Shown: piece by piece, positions 52,930 to 64,000 of the stretch
Layout: each line of letters begins with the position of its first letter
Numbering within the stretch: position 1 is the stretch's first letter
Source of the DNA: Octopus sinensis
Taxonomy: Eukaryota
NCBI RefSeq assembly: GCF_006345805.1
Contig: NC_043008.1
Location: 46,314,001 to 46,378,000 of the forward strand
Length of the DNA: 64,000 bases
Direction of reading: 5' to 3'
Notes under the pieces: generated by a model
What the model was told of the DNA's origin: nothing
The model's input: the letters and a program-made list of their open reading frames with translations, nothing else
Databases searched by the model: none
Position numbers and translations under genes: made by a program

Positions 52930-54095
52930 CCATCTGCATAACGAAGGTTATTAATATTTCTTCCTCCAATCCTCACTCCAATGCTGCTATCCTCCAGGCC
53001 TGCATTCCTCATCACCTTTTCAGCGTACATGTTGAAGGCTGCTGGTGACAGGATGCAACCTTGCCGAGTGCCTTTTCCAATCTCAACCCAATCAGTGTCG
53101 CCATATGGTGTCCGTACTGTAGCCTCTTGGTTTTGATAGAGTGATCTAATAAGCTGGACAAGGTGTAAAGGTGTTCCCATTTCCTCCAGACATTTCCATA
53201 ACTTGTCATGATCAATGCTGTCAAAGGCTTTGGAGTAATCGATGAAACACATGTACAGCTTCTTTTGGTATTCTCTTGCCTTTTCCGTAATCCACCGTAG
53301 GTTGGCGATGTGACCGTGGCTGCCTCTTCCCTTCCTGAAACCAGCTTGCACCTCTGGCAATTCTCTCTCAATAGTTCTGTTCTGGCGCTTCTGGATGATT
53401 TTAAGGAGAATGTTGCTTACATGGGGACCAGGGTGATGGTACGGTAGTTTGCGCAGTCCTTGGTGTCTCTTTTCTTTGGTATTGGGATGAAAACTGACCT
53501 CTTCCATTCCCTTGGCCACTTACCGGTTCTCCATATTCGTTGGCAAAGCGATGTTAGTGTTTTTGTTGGTATTGGCTTGAGTAATTCTAGTGGAATACCA
53601 TCAGTACCTGGGGCTTTTCGGTTGGCCAGCTGTTTCATTGCCCATACCACCTCGTCCTCCAGGATGTCTGGATCCAGTTCCAGTGGCTTCTCTTCTACCT
53701 GTTCATCGAGGTTGTTCCCTACACACAACTGTTCAGTGTACTCTTTCCATCTTTTTCGGATCCCTTCTTGGTCATGCAGTCCTTCACCATTTCTCCCTCG
53801 CATGGTTACTTGTCTGGCCATGAAAGCTGTACGGGTCTTCTTTACATGTTGGTAAAGTTCTCTCATGTTCCCTTTCCTGTATGCCTCCTCTGCCCATGCA
53901 CATTCCTCATTCCAGTATTTCTCTTTTGTCCTTCCTGGCGGCCTGTTGGAACATTGCACTTCATCCCTGCTTCTGGTCATCTTTGCTCTCCTTCTCTCTT
54001 CTGCTATTGCAATAGTCTCCTCCGAAATCCACTTTGCTGATCGTGCGGGTTTCTTGTACAGTACATGTTTTTCTGCTCTTTCTTCCACAACCTCA
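52930..54095 (-). mobile_element. RTE/BovB-like LINE fragment, well preserved (one frameshift), truncated at the YAD motif by a microsatellite
   Basis: [88 protein letters not shown]. Confidence 0.95.
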
Positions 54096-57000
54096 TATAT
54101 AAAGATATACAAATGTGGAGTTGGGATGCAAAAGCACAAATAACATGATGAAGAGAAACAATTTCTTAGATGTCCCAACAGCAACAGGAGAAAGTAGTAG
54201 TGTTTTTTCACATTTCGGGCATGTGTGTGTTTGTATGCAAATTTCTGTGTTCTTCTTTGTGTATGTGTGTATGTATATATGTATGTGCATATATACGTAT
54301 ATATATATATATGTATGTGTGTGTTTATGTGTGTATGTATGGCTGTACGTATGTGTATGTATGTATATGTGTATGTGTCATTGTTTGAACTGGTGTACGA
54401 AATTTAAATATCAAGCAAACGGAGGTAGTCAGATTGGCGGGAATTAGAGGAAGAGGCTAGAGTTGAATGCACAGCCTAAAATTAAACTGGACATCACGGA
54501 GGATAATAAGAGGAATGCCATCAAATTTGGTCGCTTGCCAGCAGAGGTTCCTTCGACATGGCTATGGATCGTGTGATGTGAAATGATGTACGTAACGATA
54601 TCTGAATAGTGATAACCAGACGTAAGTTTGTTTTGTCCCGCTTCGATGTACACAATGTTCCCAGATTCTACCATTGCGGATTAGTTGATGTGTATCACGA
54701 ATTCGAGCTAGAAGTGAATGTATTTCAACATTTTATATTCTCTAGTATTAGTTTATTCCCCTGGAAATTTTTTCTAAACATAGTATGTTTATTATATTTA
54801 ATCATAAACGAATTTACCAATTCTCTCACAGAATTATAATCATGATCAGATTGAGTTTTGTCAGTAAGCATTTAACTATTCAGTTTACTTTCTTAAGGAA
54901 GATTTCAACTGAATCTGACGATGTTCAGTGGAATCGGAGCTTTTAGTGTTTTCTCCTGTTTATATGGAATTCAGTCCGTTTACTAATGCATTTTAATTCA
55001 ATGGATTTATCAAATAAATCGTTTTTGTTACAGATTAGATTTGTCAGTGTTTTATGCATTTGCGAACATTGATAAATTTAACTTGTCAAAGAGAAATATA
55101 TAGATATTGCAGTTTCTAAAATTTAATTTAATAAATTTTCCATTTGTTGGAAAAAGCAGTTTTCACAGCATTTTGAGAAGACAACCTGCATTTCGGTTTG
55201 CTTTCATCAACTTTACACACAAATGATTTTTCTGTTGTAACCATTCATTAAGTCCCGAGTGAGATATTGTTCCACACTATTACCAACATATTATATATTT
55301 CAAAGGGTGATCAATCGTTTCACTAATTATGCTATTCGATGACTTCATATTTAATATTCCAGGAATTTACAATATTCAGCTGTCAGTACACAACCTTCAC
55401 CTTCTGCGGCTAAAACTACGTCTGATTTAAATAATACATGTATAATATATTATACATGCATATAATTAGTTTTTGGTTATTCAACCAAAATAATGGTAAC
55501 ATAAGCATTGTTCACAAAGACACTTTGTTTCAAGAAGTGCATGCATTCATTAGCATTATATATTTCAAATACATGAGGTAAATTTCTAAGCGAGAACAGG
55601 CATTCACGTACGCCCCACTGTCGTACGCGTCATAAAAACGCGTAAAGAATAATTTCCTCTCCAAATATTACAGACATGTAGTAGATATTATTACTGGAAT
55701 TTGAAATAGGTAAAAGAATTAACTGAAGACATTTCTCAGTACCTTATTATATATTTATATATATAGGTTGGTGTAGAGTTATAAATTATAGAGAGCTTTA
55801 TATTTATATGTATTGATTTTCAGTTGTATCCTCCGCCACAATAAGGTAATATAAGTAGTATCTATGCATCTGCGATGATTAGAATTAGTGTTCAGGTAAA
55901 AAGATTCAACTCCTGTTTGTTCAAATGAAACGAAGTTCACTTCCGATTATGTTTATGTTTTGTATGTGGCGATATTTGAAGACTCTATACGGATGGCACA
56001 ATGAACAGATTTCAGTTTTGCATCGACTTCGTACATTCCTAAGGCATTGCTCCAAGAGTAGAACACTGAGAAATATATATGTTGACATTTGTTTTCTCAC
56101 ACAATATTCTCATTTCATGCTCCTCTTAAATCACATCATATACTTAATCATTAATCTTGCTACAGGTGTCCGTTTCAAAAATATATCATTAGGTAATTAA
56201 TTAATATTTTTCTTGCTAAATATTATTTGTTAAAAGAACTCTGAAGGAGAGTAACTAGTCAACGGACTCTTAAAAAAAAAAAGAAACAAGTCAGAAAACT
56301 AATCTCAATATTACCAATAAAATTCCAAAACACCTGATCATGTGACTACAACGATGAAGTGATCACTTTGATTCAGTAAATATTTTTCATTGAACTTTTA
56401 CATCACTCGGTCGAAATGCGACAGAAATCAGATATAGAACCATAACGATTACTGGAACTGTAGCCGCATTTTCAAAGCTATTAGTAAGATAAAATTCAAT
56501 TTGGAATTAAGTTGTTGTGTGTGTATTCAAATGGCAACAAGACCTGGAATCAAATGTCTCCCCTTAACTTCTAGAAATAGTTTACTATTTCGTGATTTAC
56601 GATAGCGGCATATTTAATAATTCGAATCGAACTTTACTTTTATACAAACTTTTACTTTTCTCTTCTAAAACAGATTTGAATTTTTCATGTGGTATCTAAG
56701 AACTGTATTAGAACTATATTAGTAATATATTCAATAGCCTTATAACAAACTTACATCTCTCCACTCAAGCAACAAAACAGCGGCAAAATGATTACGTTCA
56801 CCGCAATTTTACATTATTGTGCATAATAGTTATATTAGACGCACATTAATACATTAAATATCTAAATACATTTCAATAAATCTAAACTTCAAAGTTTCAA
56901 AAAGATATGTTGTCTAAATAAATCTGTAGACACATTTTATTTCAAAATCGCGGAACTGTTCACTGAGTTCATGAATTAATAAAACGGAGAACTGAATCAG

Positions 57001-57934
57001 TTCGTTTCGTGCACGTGAGCAATTAAGCGGGACATCATATTGATATTGATTATGAATCTAGTTTCTATTTTCATACATTTTTGAACAGATGCTTTGTCGG
57101 TAGATGACATTTGGAAAAAAGACTTTGTGTTATATTTTAAAATATATTTAATTTTGTAAGCGCTTGAAAGCAACATTCGTCGCACATAATGGTGTAATTC
57201 ATCAAATGTGACTCATTATATATGCACAGTTTTGTGTCTGTACCATAAATACTGTAATTTATTTCTGTTTTGTATTTGACTTCGTATTTCCGTTACTTGA
57301 AACAATCGTGATATATTTTATGAGACTTTAAAATAAAACATACAGTGAAACAAACAAAAATGAACATTCTAAAATAATGGCTTCATTGAACAATTCACGC
57401 AAAGTAAAGCAGTTGCCAATATATAAGAAAAATTAAATAATGCAACAGAAAAAAAGTTTCTATGAAAGAAAAAGCATCTCGTTAGGACCAATCGAAAAGA
57501 AACCAAAGAAAATATTAAGAAACTGTTCATAGTTGCACTTAATAATATTGGTCCTTGACTCCCACTTTCGATATGGTTGCATTCAATGTATCGATTGAAT
57601 TCTTCTTGCTTCTATGTCAAGTTGATTTCTTCTCACTGTTTGTAATTGGCTTTTACTACGTCGAAAATGTCATCTCTATCGCTAACTAGAAATCTTATAT
57701 TCACTTCGCGAACGCCAGCTTTTGTCTGGAACTTTTATTTTTTCATAGCAGCCGTTATTGCATTACTTTCTTTCTGTCCTATGTTAATATTTAACATTGT
57801 GCAAACAGGATTCCTATATTCTGCGATTCACTATTGCAAAAAACGATTCAGAATAACACCATGTATGTGTTTGCGTGCGTGAGCGCGTGCATCACGTATA
57901 TAATATCTATATATATGCATATACATATATGCAT

Positions 57935-58005
<71 letters not shown>

Positions 58006-58062
58006 GTGTGTGTGTGTTTGTGTATATACACATAAACACATATATAAATGTATCTATGGATG

Positions 58063-58098
<36 letters not shown>

Positions 58099-58843
58099 TG
58101 TATGTGCATATACCTTACATACATATACATATATATATGTCAACCGAGCAGAACTCCCAAACTTGACCAAGGCAAAAACAAGTTCTTTATCAAAAGTGAC
58201 ATCACGAAACCGACTACCAATCAAAACCTCTTCTGTACAGGGTAATAACCAACCAAACAACTAACCAACCAACCAACCAAAACTCTAACGCCAAAACAAA
58301 ATCTATTTTTTGACCAAAAACATCAAGCAGAAAGAATAAGGCGTCATCAAAATCGTAACGAATCAAAAATTAGATCGTTTCACGTGAAAACATTTATACA
58401 AGATTCTCTGATTCCCAAAGATTAATACGTGACTTAAAAAAGAACTTCATACAGGACTAAAAAATCTATATTTACAGTCTTCTTTCTTTTTTCTCTCTCT
58501 TGTCCACCGATTCTATAAAATATCCATGTGACCGAAGTTTTAGTAATGTACATTTATTTTACTTTTCGCCAAACGTTTATGCTGACATCTTTCTATCTCT
58601 GTCAATGAATTTTATGTGAACATTTGATCATTTCTTCGATTTCTACTTCGTTATTTTAAAAATACTAAAATCCCATTGTTTTATATATAATTGCACACAA
58701 TTGATAAAAAAAAAGATTGTTGAAATTAGTTTGGTATTTATGTAAATAAATCTTTTAAAAAAACAAGTACATATATTTCAAATTCAGTTGCATTTGCAAA
58801 GGCAAATTCTCCTTTACTGCGTAGCATACACCTCACGCTTCCA

Positions 58844-58977
<134 letters not shown>

Positions 58978-60249
58978 CTTACATACATTGAAATACTTAC
59001 GTACATACGAATATAAACACACATGTGAGTAGGTGTTAGTAAATTTACTATTCTCTATGGTTCAGCTGGAACATTGGCCACATTAATAGAAGTCCATTTA
59101 TTAATTAAGCCCTGTTTTCAGTTTGAGGGAAACCTCCTTCACACTGACACATCTCGAGGACCCTATACTGCCCATGAGATCTGTTTACTCATCTGACTAA
59201 AATATAGAAGTCTACGTGTATTTGTATACAATGCAAACATTCACACAAATGACACCCGCATTCATAAATCCACTTCAGTAGTCGCATTCGTTCTAAGAAT
59301 GCGACTACGATACGTAATCTGGACGAGACAACATGCTTTATTCACCTCTTATCGTAAATATGTTAGTGTAGGAACGTGTGTACGTATGTCAAAGTGTCTG
59401 TGCACATGCCAGAGAAGGAATGCACTGTACTTGTGACTGTGCATTTGAATTTTATATGTGTATATTGTCTATATCCTTTTACGTCAGTGCAGAAAATATT
59501 TCTCAGCCAAATCATATAAGAATATTTAAATTCCACAAAGTGTCCTTTAAGGAAAAACTTAAAAGAAATTCATTTTGAAGAAATCTATAAAGAAATCTAG
59601 TTGTTTCATATTCATCTTCATGTATATTTTCGTATTCATCTTCGGTCAGTTTTTTATAGAAACCAAGCCGGAATGTAGGCCAATATTCATGGCATTGAAT
59701 TCTCATGGAAGACAATCATTAATAAGGAAACATAGAGAATAGATTGATCATAAAGTGATTTGACCTTTGTATTCTGAGTAAATGTGACACTAGCCTAGTA
59801 ATTACTGATTATTATAGCAAAATTTTTTTTTTCAATTGTATAATTTATGAATAATTAATTTTGATAAGCCTAAAAGTACACGAATAAGGACGTTCCCCTT
59901 CTGGAAACTATTCACACTAACACCATACACTTTTCCTCGATAAATTGATTTGTCGTTGAAATAAAGAGTTTCCATTGATATATTTTCCTATAGAAATACG
60001 AACCCCATTTATTGACATAGTATTGGTTCTGAATTCATATTATCTGAATAAATTTTTTGTCAGATAACAGCAATAATATCTCGTTGTTTATGCCAGTTCT
60101 TTTGTTTCTGTACATACATAAGAGTATACGTGTGCAGAAATGTTTTTGTGTGTGTTTCAGTTTATGATTTTTATGACTCTACTTGTAAAACTGGAATGAT
60201 AAATCTCGAAAATTTATTAGAGAGGAACCGCTTTATAGCACAAGAGGTA

Positions 60250-60480
60250 ACTCTCTTGCGTACGTCTTCCGATGCATTCCCGGTGATTATAAGGTCTATT
60301 GTCGTCCGCTTTTTGTGAAGCGATCGAGTAAACGTCGACAAACTTACGACGTTTGCACTTTTGTTCCGCAGTAAACTCTCTTGGCACTAATCTTGCATAG
60401 ACTTTATGGAAGCGGAGCCAATCGTGTGAACGATTTTTAGCACCTGACACACCTTCGTATCAGAGAAATCGGACCACTGC
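60250..60480 (-). pseudogene. Mariner transposase fragment
   Basis: LRFHKVYARLVPREFTAEQKCKR corresponds to the mariner WVPxxL motif region. Confidence 0.7.
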
Positions 60481-61109
60481 GCTTTGTTCTTTTGTGCACA
60501 TTGCTTGTGGAGCAGCCATGCTTATACTATAAAGTCTGAAGGAAAAATAATGCGATCAGTCTCAAACTTCGATCACGTGACCAGAATAGTACCAAATATA
60601 AGCACGCAGGCGCAGAGGGTGGTAAATATGATAATTGGTGAAAAATATGAAAAGGAAATGAAAAAAAGGGAAGGAAGAAATAAACAGGAAAGTGAGGCGG
60701 GTGCGGCAAGTAGGATTGGTGTTGAAATTTATATACGAATCCCTCTCTCCTCACCCGTCCCACTTTACTCGTATTCTTTTTTCTTCTCCATAACAAACTA
60801 ACACGCTCCCATATATATTTCTTTTATTTTTACTTCTTCACAAATACGTTTTCCTCTCAAACTGTGCTTTCTAAGCATTTCGGTCGATTCGGCATCGAGT
60901 TAAAACGCCATCTCTTAAACAACAATGTAAACGTTATGAAATCACGGCATCTTTGGCCTGAAGAGCAGCTCACGGTTTTGGATAATGACGACTTCCGAGG
61001 TTCCGCTAGAGATGAGACATAAGTAGCTTGGATTACATCTACTCCATTCTCTAATTTTGGACACACACACACACTTACACACGCACACAAACACACACAG
61101 ATATATATA

Positions 61110-61244
61110 TATATATATATATGTATGCATCTATCTATCTATCTATCCATCTATCTATCTATCTATCTATTTATCTATCTATCTATATATATATCTATCT
61201 ATCTATCTATTATCTTTCTGTCTATCTATCTATCTATCTTTCTG

Positions 61245-61335
<91 letters not shown>

Positions 61336-61336
61336 G

Positions 61337-61423
<87 letters not shown>

Positions 61424-61424
61424 G

Positions 61425-61460
<36 letters not shown>
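61110..61460. repeat. Long (TATC)n microsatellite
   Basis: Directly visible. Confidence 0.97.
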
Positions 61461-61461
<1 letters not shown>

Positions 61462-61658
61462 TGACGGATGTGATGTCGTTTCAGCTCCGAAGGTAATCAT
61501 TTATTTTGACTATTTATAGGCCAATTTTTGTGTAGATTTTTGCAAATAAGGTGTGTAAGGCAACCAACTTTCATTTGAGTGCTTCAAGGGAGGAATTCGC
61601 CCCTAGGGGCAGTTTCGACCCCATTTCATTTCTGTTATTTTCTTCTTGACATTAGAAA

Positions 61659-63501
61659 ATGTCTAGAAATTTTATTGTTGAACGCTGGTCGCGTTCTTTT
61701 TTGGAACAACATTTTCCTAGTCTGGAAACGACAGAGAAAAAAAAGAACGTTCGCACGGAAAATGCCAACGTGAAATTCGGTGAAAGGAACGCTGCAACCA
61801 CGTGCGTTAACAGCCCTGTCACCACCGCCACCACCACCACTAACAACAGCAACCACGAGACAACAACTGCTACCACCACCACCTCCACCACCACCACCAC
61901 CACTACCACGACCAACATAAATGATAAAAATAAAACTGAAACGAAAACTATTGACAAAAACAACAAGAACAACAATAAAAATGAACTATCTAATAGTGAA
62001 GATGCCAATACAAAAAAGTCAACAACAGTAAATTTCGCAGATATTCTTCGCCAGAAAAAGGAGATTGTTACATTCACAAATGAAGAGCTCATAGAAACAA
62101 GAGCTCTCTTTACAACCCGTGGACAAGATTTAGTCCTGCATACACCTCAACATATAAAACAAGAAATAGAAAATAAGACAATTGTATATAAAATTATTAG
62201 AAAAAACAAAAAACCAAATGAACAGATTACAAAATCTGATGTGGAGAAATGTTTAAAAAATATAATGAAAGAAAAAGAGTATATAAACTGGGGTCCCCAG
62301 TTTAACACAGTAGTGGTCCGCTTCCCTAACCAGGAAGTGGCAAAAGTTCACTCTACTGAGTCTCTGGGAAATGATGAAATCATCATGGTCCCTTATTATA
62401 AAAACCAGAGGGTGAGTAGAATTACTATCAGAAATGTACCCCCCGATATGCCGAACAAATGGATAACGGGCAATCTGTTACCACTTGAAAAAGATCAATA
62501 TTCTAGAAACAGCCGTGTACCTAAACGACAATTGGGGTGGAAAAACAGTAGTTGTGACCATCCAGATTGAGGGGGCTTCTATCGAGAGCCTACCCGACAA
62601 GATATACTTGGAGAATGGGCAATGCCTATATGTTATGGCAGAAGGCAAAAAGCCTAGATGCTACAAATGTGGCAGCCCCGAACATTTGATTGCCAAGTGC
62701 GATCTGGTACAGAAAAAACAAGAAAGAACAATTCAGAAAACAAATAAAATCCCTTTGTTGCCAACACCAACACCAACACACTCAATTATGGAACAACGCC
62801 AAGAAAAACAAAAAATCCCAACAACATCACCAAGAAAAACAGTACCAACACAATCACCGTTGACGTCACAACCAATTAAACTTGTTGAATCTTCAAAAAA
62901 TCGACCCACACCCACACCCAGGACGACAATTAAAAAGACAGAAAACACTGACGAGAAGACAAATGCTACCCCTAACACCACAACAACACAAACACCGCAC
63001 AAAACATCAACAATTTATACAAGCATACATAGTGATCCTGTTCTTTTTCCTCTACCCCATACTGATACCTCGGACGACGAAAGTTCGACGGAATGGCAAA
63101 TAGCCACAGGGGGTAAAAGAAAAAGATCCAAAAAATCCACCAAAGAAGGAATTAAAGCAGGGAGATATCTCACTCAGGACAACATTCCCCTAGACAATCA
63201 AAAGAGTAATGAACCCGTAAAACCACACACACAACTAACTGCAATAGACACAGACAATAAAGAATTAATGGACTACATCAAATCTAACATGGTCGTCTGT
63301 GAAGATGATTTTAAGACTAACAATCATCCGCACACCACACCACCGAAACACATCAGAATTTTACACATAACACAAGCACAACACCACATACTGAAAACAT
63401 TATTTCCGAATGTGGTAGGCGGGTATCAACGATACCTGTCGAAAAAACTATACAAACACCTCATCAAAAACGATACAAAAGAAGAAGAAGAAAAAAATTA
63501 A
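61659..63501 (+). CDS. ORF1 (gag-like) split by one frameshift near 62485-62495; poly-Thr/Asn N-terminus and CCHC knuckle
   Basis: ORFs 61659-62570 and 62485-63501 overlap. RITIRNVPPDMP and CYKCGSPEHLIAKC (CX2CX4HX4C). Confidence 0.8.
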
Positions 63502-63588
63502 ACTTTTAAAATGAGTAAGTGACCTCACTTCTTGCCTCTTGTCTCTTCTAATATAGTGTGTAAAACACAATTTTCGTAATTGTCAAGT

Positions 63589-64000
63589 ATGCTTAAATTA
63601 GGTTGTGTGAATGCGCGTGGCTTGGCGTCGGCTTGGAAGCAAGGTTACCTTCTAAACGACATCAAGTCACTGGACGTGGATATAGTAGCTATCAGCGAAA
63701 CCAGACTCAGTAAGCCGCGGGCCCTCGAGTCCATGTTTGGCAATCAATTTGACATTTATTTTTCTCCCTGTCTGCCGAACATGGGTGGTGGAGGTACTGC
63801 GGTGCTTTTTCGAAAGAGTCTAAAGGTAAAAGTAAGAGCAATATTCCTAGACCCGGAGGGTAGGCTGGTTGTCTTGGACGTGGATGGCAGAAATGGGTGT
63901 GCATTCCGTCTGATGGCAGTTTATGCACCGTCCTTAACGGGTCGGGCGGATTTCTTCAGACGTCTAGAGGTTTTCCTGGGTACGTCTAGACCTTTACTGT
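63589..64000 (+). CDS. ORF2 N-terminal AP-like endonuclease, open to the window end (absent from the ORF track)
   Basis: Manual translation: MLKLGCVNARGL...DVDIVAISETRL...GGGGTAVLFRK...DPEGRLVVLDV...FRLMAVYAPSLTGRADFFRRLEVFLGTSRPLL, 137 codons without a stop. Confidence 0.92.
   Translation, partial: MLKLGCVNARGLASAWKQGYLLNDIKSLDVDIVAISETRLSKPRALESMFGNQFDIYFSPCLPNMGGGGTAVLFRKSLKVKVRAIFLDPEGRLVVLDVDGRNGCAFRLMAVYAPSLTGRADFFRRLEVFLGTSRPLL

Larger units (their letters stand above)
61570..64000 (+). mobile_element. 5' part of an L1/Tx1-clade non-LTR retrotransposon, continuing beyond the window
   Basis: Long ORF1 with zinc knuckle followed by an APE-encoding ORF2. The 5' boundary is approximate. 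Confidence 0.9.

Noticed and set aside
54420-54630. Non-repetitive segment with a GTAAGT donor at about 54622
   Set aside because: All frames have stops upstream and there is no good acceptor; possibly an old LINE ORF1 relic.
55363-55439. Possible Ser/Thr-rich internal exon (ttccag|G...NLQYSAVSTQPSPSAAKTT)
   Set aside because: Weak donor (GTATAA), no homology and no supporting neighbouring exons.
60857-61096. Short ORFs on both strands in a GC-richer segment
   Set aside because: No recognisable domain or consistent splice sites.

Overview
AT-rich, microsatellite-saturated eukaryotic DNA. The tRNA-derived SINE types and LINE families resemble those I recall from octopus (inference, no database check). 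I found no confidently supported host gene, only one weak exon candidate, so the window looks intronic or intergenic. It is a mosaic of retroelement and transposon relics: Penelope-like elements (PLEs), several CR1-type LINEs, RTE/BovB-like LINEs, an R4/Dong-like LINE, a Gypsy RT fragment, mariner, maT and possible hAT relics, SINEs and MITEs, plus the 5' part of a near-intact L1/Tx1-type LINE running off the right edge. Most ORFs in the supplied track are microsatellite translation artefacts. The most striking signal is a recurring architecture: three sequence-unrelated fold-back (inverted-repeat) elements at 1-999, 39668-40430 and 52376-52507 that carry type I hammerhead ribozyme motifs pointing outward from the symmetry centre. 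Both arms are visible in two of them; in the first only the right-hand motif lies in the window. There is also a short repeat family with an A6U hammerhead variant, and an LTR-like direct-repeat element that may hold a non-canonically permuted hammerhead (speculative).
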